From Coriobacteriia bacterium (GTDB taxonomy: Bacteria; Actinomycetota; Coriobacteriia; WRKU01), in the NCBI GenBank assembly GCA_009777935.1, contig WRKU01000003.1, positions 16,554 through 80,553 of the forward strand: a stretch of 64,000 bases of DNA, in the 5' to 3' direction. This document shows, one piece after another, positions 41,777 through 52,956 of this stretch. The position numbers were made by a program, and so were the translations under genes. Positions within the stretch are counted from its first letter, which is position 1. Every line of letters starts with the position of its first letter. Below the pieces are notes generated by a model. The model worked only from the letters and a program-made list of their open reading frames with translations, was not told the origin of the DNA and searched no databases.

Positions 41777-43015
41777 ATGCGCACTCGTTTTGCTCGTATA
41801 GCAGCAGGCGTTCTATTCGGAACGTGTCTTATGCTGGTGGTCGCCCCGCTTGTCGCGGGCGCGTTTCCATTCGTAGGATGGGAGCGTTATTTTCAGGTCC
41901 CCGTGCCCAATACCGTCGAAGCATTTGAGGAGGCGGTCGCTCATCTTGACCCGGATGCGTCGTCTCCCGAGCCGACTTCGTTTGTGGCAACGACGACGCC
42001 CGGTATCCCTTTTATTACGGCGATTCAGCACAATAATGTAACGGTCTCCGATACAACGACTCCCGTGCATGCCGCGCTCAACTCGGCGGTAACCTTGACT
42101 GCAGTTCCTGCGATGTCTGACGGTGGGCCGGTACCTCTCTTCGTGACGTATCAGTGGTGGGAGCGCAGCGAAACGGGAACCTCTGATACGCGAGGGTTCA
42201 CGCGCGTCTCGGGTGCGACCGATCGCACGTTTGTCGTCGATACCACCACGCCCGGTACGATGCTCTATGCGGTGACGGCGTACAATGGTTCTGCGTCTGA
42301 CCCTAACCAAAACCCCAGTGAATTTGCCGATAACGAAACATTCGCTAACGTTGCCTATGTGCAGGTTTTGCAAAATCCCGAGTTTTCGCGTGGATACCGT
42401 ACGAGTTTCTCGGCCCCACCCAACACCGATATTGAGATTGTCGCTGTAGCAGACAATGCGTCGGGCTATCAGTGGTGGGAGAGTTCGGACGTCGGCCTAT
42501 GGACGCCGATAGCCGGTGAAATCACCGATACGATTGTCGTTAACGAGCCGGAGGACACTATCGTCTATCTCGTGGCGGTTGCCGAAAACGAGGTCGGTGC
42601 GCGTGAGGCGAGCGGTATCATAACCGTGAGCGTTGCGCAGGGGGCACCGGTGCCGAGTCCTGCCGGACGTCCCGAGGTTGCCGAAAGGCCGGCCGGTACG
42701 CGCGGCGGAACAACGGGCGGCGGCTCTGAATCTGCCGTGCAACCTGTCGATGATATCGAGCCGGTACCGGCTGAGAGCTCACTTGATGAAACGGCCGATG
42801 CCCGGCCACCTTTGCCGACACCCGACCCTGAGGATGATCAGGGAGGAATCGATCCGCTTTGGTGGTATATTGGCGGCGGCGTATTGTTGGCGCTTGTTGC
42901 GATAGCCGTTACCGTTACCGTCGTCAAGAAGCGTGGCGGCAAGGATGGCGGACCGAACAATCAGGCGAAGTCGTTTGCTGATTTACAAAACGCCTCTCTC
43001 GGTAAGAAAAAGTAG
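41777..43015 (+). CDS. membrane-anchored surface protein with two Ig-like repeats and a Pro-rich stalk
   Basis: N-terminal signal (MRTRFARIAAGVLFGTCLMLVVAPLVAGA). Two related segments start YQWWE(R/S)S... A Pro/Gly/Glu-rich linker is followed by the C-terminal TM segment WWYIGGGVLLALVAIAVTVTVV and KKRGGK. Confidence 0.6.
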   Translation: MRTRFARIAAGVLFGTCLMLVVAPLVAGAFPFVGWERYFQVPVPNTVEAFEEAVAHLDPDASSPEPTSFVATTTPGIPFITAIQHNNVTVSDTTTPVHAALNSAVTLTAVPAMSDGGPVPLFVTYQWWERSETGTSDTRGFTRVSGATDRTFVVDTTTPGTMLYAVTAYNGSASDPNQNPSEFADNETFANVAYVQVLQNPEFSRGYRTSFSAPPNTDIEIVAVADNASGYQWWESSDVGLWTPIAGEITDTIVVNEPEDTIVYLVAVAENEVGAREASGIITVSVAQGAPVPSPAGRPEVAERPAGTRGGTTGGGSESAVQPVDDIEPVPAESSLDETADARPPLPTPDPEDDQGGIDPLWWYIGGGVLLALVAIAVTVTVVKKRGGKDGGPNNQAKSFADLQNASLGKKK

Positions 43016-43055
43016 CATCAAACCTTGAATAGGCATGCGGCACGTTGTGTGCTCG

Positions 43056-43064
43056 TGGTATACT
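43056..43064 (+). promoter_or_regulatory. extended -10 promoter candidate for gdhA
   Basis: TGGTATACT (TGn + TATACT) about 30 nt upstream of ATG 43094. AAGGAGGGG RBS follows. Confidence 0.4.
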
Positions 43065-43075
43065 CCTTCACATAG

Positions 43076-44425
<1,350 letters not shown>

Positions 44426-44570
44426 TCGGGCAGAAAATCCAGCAACGCAACGGTTACAGGATGTTGGGGCGGGGTATGCTGCTTTCTTCGGGCGCGGTAT
44501 AATAGTACACGTGTAGCATATCGAACAGCCTCGACGAGGAGCCCGATGAGGGCTCGAAGGAACCGAATAG

Positions 44571-45791
44571 ATGAAGCTTAGTCGCAGCACAGACCATATA
44601 CGTCCGTATAAGCGTGCGCGTGTTATCGCGGCCATGTTCGTCGCGGTCCTGCTCGCGGGCGGTTTTTTTGCAGGAAGCGCGTTCGCGCTGACTCCGCAAG
44701 AGGCGCTGCAACAGGCGCAAGAGGCAGCTAAGCGTGCTGCTGCCGGCGAGGAGCGGATAGACGCGCTGCGCAAGGAGATTGCCACGCTCGATGAGCAGGC
44801 GAGTACCTTTGTGCGCCAAGCTCAGGAGCTTGAACCACAGATCGATTCAGCTTCAGAGATGACCGAACTCCTCACTCTTGAGCTGCGCGATCTTGAAGAG
44901 CTCGCCGAGCAGCTGCGTTCAAACATCGCCTCGACGACGGCCGAATTCGAGAAGCAGCAAGAGCTCGTGGGCGCACGTATGAGCGAGACCTACAAGCAGG
45001 GTGATACGTTCTTTTTTGACCTCCTCCTTTCGGCGACGAGCTTTCGAGATCTCATCACGCGTTTCGAGTACGTACAGCGCGCCATCGAGAGCAACCTACT
45101 CTATGCTCGTGAGTTGAGCCTTATCCGGCGCACGCTTGAGACCGACAAGGAACAGCTCGATGCGATTGTCGCCGAGGCAGCCGTCAAGCAACAGGAAGCG
45201 GTCGATTTAGAGAGCAACCTGCGCTCGCTCAAGGCGAGCCGCGAGCAGGCTGCCAACAACGCAGCGGCGATTCAAGGTGCGCGCGAACAGCTGATGCGCG
45301 AGACGCAGGCCGATGTCGAAGCCGCGCGTGCTCTTCAGGCTGAGATGTATGCGCAGGCGTTTGCGTCGATCGGTAACGCCCCGATGGGTTCGGGCGAGTT
45401 TGCCGGTGTCTTCGTCTTTCCCGTGCAAGGATCATGGAACTCAAGCTGTGGTTTCGGCTGTGGCTGCAATATACATGGTGGCCGGCATTTCGGTAAGGAC
45501 TTCGGAACCTTCAACGGTACGCCGCCTATCGTGGCTGTGGCACCCGGCGTCGTCACGACGGCGAGTATCGGTTGGAACGGTGGGTACGGTAACCTCGTCG
45601 CTATCGACCACGGCAACGGCGTCATGACGCGCTACGCTCATTTAAGCTCGATTGCCGTCTCGGCCGGCCAGACGGTCGGTGCCGGGCAGGTCATCGGTAA
45701 CGCCGGCTCAACCGGTGCGTCGTTTGGCAATCATCTCCACTTTGAGGTCATCATTAATGGGCAGTTTCAGGATCCTATGCGCTGGTTTTAA
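44571..45791 (+). CDS. M23-family peptidoglycan DD-metalloendopeptidase with N-terminal coiled coil (EnvC-like architecture)
   Basis: N-terminal TM/signal segment, ~250 aa of coiled-coil-like sequence, then a C-terminal LytM domain (GGRHFGKDF...GYGNLVAIDHGNGVMTRYAHLSS...GSTGASFGNHLHFEV). Confidence 0.85.
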   Translation: MKLSRSTDHIRPYKRARVIAAMFVAVLLAGGFFAGSAFALTPQEALQQAQEAAKRAAAGEERIDALRKEIATLDEQASTFVRQAQELEPQIDSASEMTELLTLELRDLEELAEQLRSNIASTTAEFEKQQELVGARMSETYKQGDTFFFDLLLSATSFRDLITRFEYVQRAIESNLLYARELSLIRRTLETDKEQLDAIVAEAAVKQQEAVDLESNLRSLKASREQAANNAAAIQGAREQLMRETQADVEAARALQAEMYAQAFASIGNAPMGSGEFAGVFVFPVQGSWNSSCGFGCGCNIHGGRHFGKDFGTFNGTPPIVAVAPGVVTTASIGWNGGYGNLVAIDHGNGVMTRYAHLSSIAVSAGQTVGAGQVIGNAGSTGASFGNHLHFEVIINGQFQDPMRWF

Positions 45792-46320
45792 GCGCACTCT
45801 CTACGTTATCGGCAGCCTCGGCAGCGCTCACCCGTAACCCCTCAAGCGTCTCACCACGAAGCGGCTGCAGTACGTAGCTGGCGGCATCCATGCGCCCAAG
45901 AGGACGGCCGACGCCGATACGTACCCGTCGATATTCGTCGGTACCAAGCTTCGCATGAATCGAGCGTAGCCCGTTGTGTCCTGCATGGCCGCCGCCGTCT
46001 TTGACTCGTATCTCGCCGGTCTCGATATCGATATCGTCGTGCACCACCAAGATGTGCGTTGGCTCAACCCCGTACGCATGTGCCAGCCGTGCGACGCTTA
46101 TTCCCGAAAGGTTCATGAACGTCGTCGGCTTGGCGAGCAGTACCGGCACGCCGTCCATCGTTACCGCGGCTGTCAACGCGCCGGCCTCGCGCTTCCAATA
46201 CGAAGCGCCATGCCGCGCACCCAGCTCATCGATGGCCATGAAACCGACGTTATGACGCGTCGCTTCATACTCGATTCCGGGATTGCCCAGCCCAACAACT
46301 AAAAAATTTACCTCGTTCAT
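45775..46320 (-). CDS. pth: peptidyl-tRNA hydrolase
   Basis: LVVGLGNPGIEYEATRHNVGFMAIDEL..., FMNLSGISV, VVHDDIDIETGEIRVKDGGGHAGHNGLRSI. The 3' end overlaps the convergent M23 gene by 17 nt. Confidence 0.95.
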   Translation of the reverse strand: MNEVNFLVVGLGNPGIEYEATRHNVGFMAIDELGARHGASYWKREAGALTAAVTMDGVPVLLAKPTTFMNLSGISVARLAHAYGVEPTHILVVHDDIDIETGEIRVKDGGGHAGHNGLRSIHAKLGTDEYRRVRIGVGRPLGRMDAASYVLQPLRGETLEGLRVSAAEAADNVESALKTSA

Positions 46321-46397
46321 ACCTTTATTGTAGCGTTTTTCTCGGATATTCGGTCTTTTTTGCTTTACAATGAAAAGGTAGGAGAGGGAGTATATCG

Positions 46398-46718
46398 GTG
46401 GACAAGATTGAACGCATTACGCAGGCCGAAGAGGCCGCACGAACGATGATTGAGCAGGCGCACACCGATGCAGAGCAGACCGTCGACAACGCGCGCGAGC
46501 AGGCATTGACGCTCGTCACGCAAGGTGCGACGCTTACTGAGGAGCGCTGTGCCGAGCTTGCCGAGTCGATTCGCACACAAGCACGCGTCGATGCGGGCGC
46601 TATCACCGATGATGCCATCGCACAAGCTGCGGTGGTGCGCACCGAAGCTGAGCCACGCATCGCCGATGCTGCGGCTCTTATCGTTACAACGTTGCGTGAT
46701 GAAGGAGTGAATGCGTAA
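46398..46718 (+). CDS. ntpF: V-type ATPase small coiled-coil stalk subunit (NtpF/G-type)
   Basis: 106-aa Ala/Glu/Gln-rich helical protein (GTG start) at the first position of an operon with the ntpFIKECGABD gene order. Assignment is mainly by position and composition. Confidence 0.55.
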   Translation: MDKIERITQAEEAARTMIEQAHTDAEQTVDNAREQALTLVTQGATLTEERCAELAESIRTQARVDAGAITDDAIAQAAVVRTEAEPRIADAAALIVTTLRDEGVNA

Positions 46719-46720
46719 CG

Positions 46721-48799
46721 ATGGCCGTTGCTCGTATGCGCAAAGTTACTGCGATCGTCAACCTCGAGTTGCTCGATACGGTTATCACCACACTTCAGAA
46801 AAGCGGTGTGCTTGAGGTCACGAGCACGGCGCGTGTAATTGAGCACGAACTCCCGACGATTAAGGTGCCGAGCGACGATACGGCGCTCGCTGAAGTCGAA
46901 ACCGACTTAGCGAAGGCGCGCTATATTCGTGAAACGCTCGCGCCTCATCACAAAAATGAACAGCCGATGGCGATGTTTGTCAGCGAGAAGTTTCACCTCA
47001 CCGAAGAAGCATACCGAGCCGCTGCTTTCGACTACGAGTTCGAGGGGCTCTACGCCACGTGTGAGGACATCACGGCCGCTATTGCTGAGATCAAGGTCGA
47101 GCGCTCCGAGATAGCCGCCGATTTACGCATGTTGAAGCCATGGGCGCGTTGTCCGATTCCGTTTACCCAGTGGCACGGCACCGAGACGACCGCGTTTTAC
47201 GCCGGTACTGCCTTGCCGGCACAGCTCGCCCGTATTCATGCGGCCTTCAGCGAGGCAGATGCACCGATCGTTGATCTCGAAGAGTTCGGCCCTAAAGATA
47301 GTCTCACCGGTGCTGACGAAGCAACCAAGGCCGACCCTAAGGCCAAGCAAGCCTTTATCGTGCGCATGTTTGCCGACGATGAGCAGGCAGTACGCACGCT
47401 GCTTCATCGAATCGGTGCAGACGAGACGCGTTTTGACGAGCATCTGGTCGACACGCCGGCACATGAGATCGCCGTGCTCAAAGAGCACTGCGCGGCACAC
47501 GGTAAGCGGCTCACCGCGCACCGGCTCGAGCTACGTGCGATGGCCAAGCGTTACTATACGCGAACAACGATACTTATCGAAGCGCTCAAGTCGGCGCGCG
47601 AACGTGTGACGGTGCGCAGTAACTTTGCCCATACCGAGACCGTATTCGTCATCACCGGCTGGGTTCGTCAGGCCGAGGAAGAGACGCTTGCTCAGGTGCT
47701 CAAGCCCTTTAAGACGCAGGTCGATCTCACCTTTGAAGACCCCGGTCCTCAAGATACCCCGCCGGTCGAGCTTGAAAATCCCACCTGGCTCAAGCCCTTC
47801 GAACTCCTCACCGATCTCTACGGCCGCCCGACCTACGGCCGCCTTGACCCGACCCCATTTTTTGCGCCGTTTTTTGTGTTCTTCGTCGCTGTCTGCATTG
47901 GAGATGTGGGCTATGGGCTGGTGATGGCTGCGGTCTTTTTCGCCATCATGAGTGTGCTCGATGTGGCGCCGGGTGTCAAAAACTTCTGTCGTTTGATGAT
48001 TTACGGCGGCATAGCTGCGGTCCCGGTCGGCGTAATGCTGGGTGGCTACTTTGCGCTGCCACACGAGACGCTCCCTTCGTTTCTCCAACACATGCGCATC
48101 ATCGACCCACTCGCCGATATCATGACGTTTCTCGTTGCTTCGGTCGTTATCGGAGTTATCCAGCTGACGGCCGGTATCGTCATTGCAGTCTATCAGTACG
48201 TGCGCGGCGGGCAGTGGCAGGTCGCGCTCGGCTCGAAGATGTCGATATTCGTGTTGGTGGGCTTTATCGCTGCCTTTGTACTGAGCGGTGCCGAACACCT
48301 CTGGATGCTACTCACCGGAATCGGCCTCACGGTTCTCCTGCAAGGCTTTGGTCTCTACTATCAGATAGCCCCTGAGGAGCGTACGCCCAAACGAGCCGTT
48401 ACCAGCGTCTTTGGTGGTATGTACGAGGTCTATGGTATGACAGGGCTCCTCAACGATGCGCTTTCTTACATGCGTCTGGCTGCGCTTGCGTTGGCCGGCG
48501 CGCTTGTCGGTATGGTCTTCAACATTCTGGCCGGCATGATGATGGAGCCGGCGATGGCATCTTTTGGCACCGGCGACTCATCGATCGTTACGGGCGTGCT
48601 GCTCATCGTTGCCGTCGTGCTCATCTTCGTCGTCGGCCACTCATTTAATGTCGCTATCAGTCTTATCGGTGCGTTCGTGCATCCGATGCGACTACAGTTT
48701 GTCGAGTTCTTTGGCATGTTTTATAGTGCGGGTGGCGTAACGTTCAAGCCACTGGCGTATAAAAAGGATAACTTGGTGTTCGAGGGTAAGGAGAAGTGA
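46721..48799 (+). CDS. ntpI: V-type ATPase subunit I (a-type membrane stator)
   Basis: 692 aa: a ~340-aa cytoplasmic N-terminal half plus a polytopic C-terminal half with the conserved Arg context (LSYMRLAALALAG). Confidence 0.9.
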   Translation: MAVARMRKVTAIVNLELLDTVITTLQKSGVLEVTSTARVIEHELPTIKVPSDDTALAEVETDLAKARYIRETLAPHHKNEQPMAMFVSEKFHLTEEAYRAAAFDYEFEGLYATCEDITAAIAEIKVERSEIAADLRMLKPWARCPIPFTQWHGTETTAFYAGTALPAQLARIHAAFSEADAPIVDLEEFGPKDSLTGADEATKADPKAKQAFIVRMFADDEQAVRTLLHRIGADETRFDEHLVDTPAHEIAVLKEHCAAHGKRLTAHRLELRAMAKRYYTRTTILIEALKSARERVTVRSNFAHTETVFVITGWVRQAEEETLAQVLKPFKTQVDLTFEDPGPQDTPPVELENPTWLKPFELLTDLYGRPTYGRLDPTPFFAPFFVFFVAVCIGDVGYGLVMAAVFFAIMSVLDVAPGVKNFCRLMIYGGIAAVPVGVMLGGYFALPHETLPSFLQHMRIIDPLADIMTFLVASVVIGVIQLTAGIVIAVYQYVRGGQWQVALGSKMSIFVLVGFIAAFVLSGAEHLWMLLTGIGLTVLLQGFGLYYQIAPEERTPKRAVTSVFGGMYEVYGMTGLLNDALSYMRLAALALAGALVGMVFNILAGMMMEPAMASFGTGDSSIVTGVLLIVAVVLIFVVGHSFNVAISLIGAFVHPMRLQFVEFFGMFYSAGGVTFKPLAYKKDNLVFEGKEK

Positions 48800-49293
48800 T
48801 GGATGCAACGTTTTTGGGTATGAGCGGCTTCGGGTGGGCCGTGTTGGGGGCCGCCTTCGCTGCGGCGCTGAGCGGCATAGGTTCGACGATCGGTATTACG
48901 ATTGCGGCCGTGACTGCCTCAGGCGTGCTGAGCGAGGACGACTCGCTCTTTGGACAGGTGCTACCGTTGGTAGCGATGCCGAGCACGCAGGGAATCTACG
49001 GCTTTATCACCGCCGTACTCGTCGCCGTGTTCTTTGGCGTCATGGGCGGTAATACCGACATCTCACTTCTGGTGGGCCTTGGCATCTTTGCGGCCGTGCA
49101 ACCGGTCGCGTGGCTCGGCCTGTTCACCGGTATCTATCAGGGTCATATGTGCGCTGGCGGTATTCGGATTATCGGCGCAGGCAAGAAGGTACCGGCACTC
49201 GTCTTTCCGGCGCTGACCGAGACCTACGTCATTCTTGGGCTCATCGCCTCGATTCTGATATTGCTGGGTCTGCAGAGCGCGGCGGGAATGTAG
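48796..49293 (+). CDS. ntpK: V-type ATPase proteolipid subunit K (c-ring), Na+-binding signature present
   Basis: 165 aa, four hydrophobic helices. The motifs PSTQGIYGF, GIYQG and LTETYVILGL correspond to the T/Q, Q and E ion-site residues of the Enterococcus hirae NtpK Na+ site. Confidence 0.9.
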   Translation: MMDATFLGMSGFGWAVLGAAFAAALSGIGSTIGITIAAVTASGVLSEDDSLFGQVLPLVAMPSTQGIYGFITAVLVAVFFGVMGGNTDISLLVGLGIFAAVQPVAWLGLFTGIYQGHMCAGGIRIIGAGKKVPALVFPALTETYVILGLIASILILLGLQSAAGM

Positions 49294-49296
49294 ACG

Positions 49297-49890
49297 ATGG
49301 CGCTGCCCGATATTTTGGAGAAAATCGAAGCCGAGGCGATGGCCGAGGCCGAGAAGATTCGCGCGCAAGGCACGGCGAAGGCTACCGAAGTTATCGCTGA
49401 GGCCGAGGCAAAGGTCCGCACCCACGATGAACGCGAGCAGAAGCTCTGTCGCGCAAAGTCGAACGCGGCTGCCGAGACGGTCGTGGTCGCCGCCCGCGTC
49501 GCCGCCCGCGATGCTGTGCTTGAGGTGCGACGCGAGATGATTGATCGCGCGTTTGCGGCGGCTGCCGAGGCCGTCTCGGCGCTCGACGACGAGGCGTGGC
49601 TTACGGTATTTGTGCCGCGTATTGTGGCTGCGGCGCGGAGCAATGAGACCGTTATGCTGGGCAGCGAGGACGGCGCACGCGCCAAGGCATTGACGGCGGC
49701 ACTTGCACGCATCGACAGCACTGATGGCGTGCGACTTACCCTCAGTACCGATGCGGCGGCATTCACACGTGGCGTTTACCTCACCGGCGAGAAGACGAGT
49801 GTCAGTCTGTCGGCCGTCGAGGTTATCGAAGGAGAGCGCCGCGTGCTCGAACGAGATGTCGCGGCGATACTGGCCGGAGAGAGCACATAG
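49297..49890 (+). CDS. ntpE: V-type ATPase subunit E
   Basis: 197 aa. Long N-terminal helix (ILEKIEAEAMAEAEKIRAQGTAKATEVIAEAEAK) plus a globular C-terminal domain. Operon position supports the call. Confidence 0.8.
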   Translation: MALPDILEKIEAEAMAEAEKIRAQGTAKATEVIAEAEAKVRTHDEREQKLCRAKSNAAAETVVVAARVAARDAVLEVRREMIDRAFAAAAEAVSALDDEAWLTVFVPRIVAAARSNETVMLGSEDGARAKALTAALARIDSTDGVRLTLSTDAAAFTRGVYLTGEKTSVSLSAVEVIEGERRVLERDVAAILAGEST

Positions 49891-49891
49891 T

Positions 49892-50839
49892 ATGTTTGCT
49901 CCTGCTGACACGCGCACAAAAGACACGCGCACAAAACTCAGCGCACGCATGAAGCCGCGCACGCGCACACTTCCTCGGGTGTTCGAGAAGTCGAGCGACC
50001 TCACCTTTACCTCGACCCGTACTCTTTTGCAGTACGGCCACGCCACCGGCAAGCTTGCTGTCCGCGGAGCCGTACCCGTCGATGGCGATGTCATGGAACT
50101 CTTGCTCGATGCGCGCGATGCGCAGGAGCGCAACAAGCTCCTTTCCGATACCGCATACGGACGCTTTACCGCTGAGGCGACGAACCTTACCGAGTTCGAA
50201 GCCGGTCTTGACGCGGCGCGTGCCAATGCCGTCAACCTGCTGGCCGAGGCTCAGATGGATCCGTCTTTCGAGGCATACTTTCGCGTCACCGCTGCATATC
50301 AAGCCGGCAGCGAACATGAATATTTTGCCGAAAAGATGGAGCTGGCACAGGCAACAGGCGTCGCGTTTCTCGTACAGACGACGCGTCTTGAAATCGATTG
50401 CGCTAACGTGCGTTTGCTCATGCGCAAGCGTGCTGCCGGTATGAGCGCTCAGGAACTCGCCGATAAGGACAGCCTTATCCGCGAGGGCTCTTTGGGGACC
50501 GCCCAGCTTCTTCGCGCGTACCGCAGTACCGAACGCGAAGGTGGGGATGACGGCGGCAGTGTCGCCTTGCACGAACTTGCCGTTGAGCTCACCAAGCTCG
50601 GTCCTTTTCGTGCCGTTGATCCTGCTGCGCTTGAGGATGTCTATACGCTTGATATTGCGCTGCGCGGCGTGCAGGAGCGCAATCTGGCTCGTGCACTGCG
50701 CCTCGGTGTTGGCCCTGAAACGGTCGTCGCCTACGTGCTGCGTGTCTACAGTGAAACCGATCTTTTGCGCGCGCTCATGGTGGGGCTCGACAATAAAGTT
50801 GACCGACAGTTACTCCGACGCTATGTGGTGGTGGAGTAG
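49892..50839 (+). CDS. ntpC: V-type ATPase subunit C (d-type)
   Basis: In-frame starts at ATG 49892 or ATG 49949; the track start 49703 overlaps ntpE. About 300-315-aa helical protein at the ntpC position. The 5' end carries a perfect 15-bp tandem duplication (49907-49936). Confidence 0.7.
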   Translation: MFAPADTRTKDTRTKLSARMKPRTRTLPRVFEKSSDLTFTSTRTLLQYGHATGKLAVRGAVPVDGDVMELLLDARDAQERNKLLSDTAYGRFTAEATNLTEFEAGLDAARANAVNLLAEAQMDPSFEAYFRVTAAYQAGSEHEYFAEKMELAQATGVAFLVQTTRLEIDCANVRLLMRKRAAGMSAQELADKDSLIREGSLGTAQLLRAYRSTEREGGDDGGSVALHELAVELTKLGPFRAVDPAALEDVYTLDIALRGVQERNLARALRLGVGPETVVAYVLRVYSETDLLRALMVGLDNKVDRQLLRRYVVVE

Positions 50840-51166
50840 ATGGCACAGCGTGTTGCCATGATCGGCGATGTCGTCAGTCTCGCACCGTTTGCATCACTTG
50901 GCGTGCAGACATATGAAGCGAGTACGCGTGACGAGATGGTGCAGGCGTTCGACGAAATTATGAGCGACGAGTTCGCCGTGGTGTTTGTGACTGAGGAGGT
51001 TTACGAGGTTTTGGAACGCACGATCGCGCGCTTTGCCACGGAAACGCTTCCGGCGATTACGATTATCCCGAGCGTCACGAGCGCGCGCGGAATCGGCGGC
51101 ACGAAGATTGATGTGGCGATAGAGCGCGCGCTCGGCGCCCCCTTGCCCGCACGAGAGGAAGCTTAG
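50840..51166 (+). CDS. ntpG: V-type ATPase subunit F
   Basis: 108 aa: VAMIGDVVSLAPFASLGV...FAVVFVTEEVYE...LPAITIIP, typical of V-ATPase F subunits. Confidence 0.85.
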   Translation: MAQRVAMIGDVVSLAPFASLGVQTYEASTRDEMVQAFDEIMSDEFAVVFVTEEVYEVLERTIARFATETLPAITIIPSVTSARGIGGTKIDVAIERALGAPLPAREEA

Positions 51167-51168
51167 TT

Positions 51169-52956
51169 ATGCAGAGTGGAACGATAGTAAAAGTGGCAGG
51201 ACCGCTGGTCATTGCGCAGGGGTTAACCGGCTCGCGCATGTTTGACCTCGTGCGCGTCGGTGCCGATGGCCTGATGGGCGAGATTATCGAGATGCGCGGT
51301 GATCGTGCGTCGATTCAGGTCTACGAGGAGACGCAGGGTATCGGCCCGGGCGACCCGGTCGAGCCGACCGGTGCGCCGCTCTCCGTCGAGCTGGGGCCGG
51401 GTATGCTTGGCACCGTCTACGATGGTGTACAGCGTCCGCTTGAGGCAATCGAGGCGCTTGCCGGTGAGTTTCTCCACCGTGGCGTTGACGCGCCGGGACT
51501 CGACCGCGAGAAGCAGTGGGAGTTCGTTGCGATTGCTGAGGTCGGCACGCAGGTGACCGGCGGCCAGATTATCGGTACCGTGCAGGAAAACGAGGTCATC
51601 GAGCACCGTATCATGACCGAGCCGCACGTTGCCGGCGAACTCATCGCGCTTACCGGGGGCACCTACACCGTTACCGACACCATTGGGCAGGTACGTGCGG
51701 CTGACGGCACCATCCACGATCTGCGTATGATGCAGACGTGGCCGGTACGCACGCCACGCCCGCGCAAGGAGAAGCTCAATGCGACCGAACCGCTCACGAG
51801 TGGTACGCGCGTTATCGACACTATGTTTCCGCTCGTCAAGGGCGGTGCTGCCTGTATCCCCGGTCCCTTCGGTGCCGGCAAGACGGTCACGCAGCATCAG
51901 ATTGCGAAGTGGGCAAACGCGCAGGTCGTTATCTTTATCGGCTGCGGCGAGCGCGGTAACGAGATAACCGATGTGCTGATGGAGTTTCCTGAACTCGACG
52001 ACCCCTACAGCGGGCAACCGCTCATGCGGCGTACGATTCTCGTGGCCAATACGTCGAATATGCCGGTCGCCGCACGCGAGGCGAGCGTCTACACCGGCAT
52101 CACAATGGCCGAGTATTTCCGCGATATGGGCTATGAGGTTGTGCTGCAGGCCGACTCGACCTCACGCTGGGCCGAGGCCATGCGCGAGATATCCGGGCGC
52201 CTCGAAGAGATGCCGGGTGACGAGGGCTATCCTGCCTACTTGGGCACGCGGCTTGCGATGTTTTACGAACGCGCCGGCAAGGTCATCGCGCTCGGTGGTG
52301 ACGAGGGGAGTGTATCGGTTGTCGGTTCGGTCTCACCTCCCGGTGGTGACCTCTCAGAGCCGGTCGTGCAAAATACGCTGCGCGTCGTTAAAACGTTCTG
52401 GGCGCTGCAGGACACCCTTGCCTTTCAACGTCACTTTCCGGCCATCGACTGGCTGACGAGCTATTCGCTCTACCTCGATAAGATCGAGGAGTACTGGGAC
52501 GAGCACATCTCGCGTGACTTCCGCCCGCGTCGTGATCGCGTCATGCAGATCTTGCAGCGTGAGAGCGAGCTCGACGAAATCGCGCGGCTTGTAGGTCTCG
52601 ATGCGCTGAGCCAAGAAGAGCAGGCGCTTATGGACTGCGCCAAGATGATTCGTGAGGACTTCTTGCAACAAAATGCGTTTCGTGATGACGACCAGTTCAG
52701 CTCGCTTCCGAAACAAAACAAGCTGCTTGAGGTCATCCTGACCTTTTACGACTACGCGCTCATCGCCGTTGAGGGCGGAGTGCGACGTCCGTCGCTTGCA
52801 GGTGCGCCGGTACGCGAAAAAATCACGCGTGCCAAGTATCAGAGCAACGATGACATGGCAATTTACGATGCGATTGTCGCCGAGATTAAGGCCGAGCTGA
52901 GTGTCGTCGCCGGTAGCGGCGCCGGCGGTGCGCGTTGCGCATGGGAGGTGCAGTAA
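51169..52956 (+). CDS. ntpA: V-type ATPase catalytic subunit A
   Basis: 595 aa with Walker [16 protein letters not shown] and [19 protein letters not shown]-like ([27 protein letters not shown]) motifs. Confidence 0.95.
   Translation: MQSGTIVKVAGPLVIAQGLTGSRMFDLVRVGADGLMGEIIEMRGDRASIQVYEETQGIGPGDPVEPTGAPLSVELGPGMLGTVYDGVQRPLEAIEALAGEFLHRGVDAPGLDREKQWEFVAIAEVGTQVTGGQIIGTVQENEVIEHRIMTEPHVAGELIALTGGTYTVTDTIGQVRAADGTIHDLRMMQTWPVRTPRPRKEKLNATEPLTSGTRVIDTMFPLVKGGAACIPGPFGAGKTVTQHQIAKWANAQVVIFIGCGERGNEITDVLMEFPELDDPYSGQPLMRRTILVANTSNMPVAAREASVYTGITMAEYFRDMGYEVVLQADSTSRWAEAMREISGRLEEMPGDEGYPAYLGTRLAMFYERAGKVIALGGDEGSVSVVGSVSPPGGDLSEPVVQNTLRVVKTFWALQDTLAFQRHFPAIDWLTSYSLYLDKIEEYWDEHISRDFRPRRDRVMQILQRESELDEIARLVGLDALSQEEQALMDCAKMIREDFLQQNAFRDDDQFSSLPKQNKLLEVILTFYDYALIAVEGGVRRPSLAGAPVREKITRAKYQSNDDMAIYDAIVAEIKAELSVVAGSGAGGARCAWEVQ

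Noticed and set aside
44426-44570. Intergenic region upstream of the M23 peptidase, containing a GAGCCC/GGGCTC hairpin, considered as a c-di-AMP (ydaO-type) riboswitch. That riboswitch often precedes cell-wall hydrolases in actinobacteria.
   Set aside because: The candidate transcript leader is only ~60 nt with a single short hairpin. It has none of the pseudo-two-fold architecture expected of the ydaO riboswitch.
49907-49936. Perfect 15-bp tandem duplication GACACGCGCACAAAA x2 (DTRTK-DTRTK) at the 5' end of ntpC. A similar 18-bp tandem duplication lies in murE (27355-27390, SSHGSH-type), and a diverged 48-bp duplication lies at 20231-20326.
   Set aside because: These are small in-frame slippage duplications in linker-like regions, are real, and have no evident functional implication. 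They are noted only because they make the ntpC start ambiguous.
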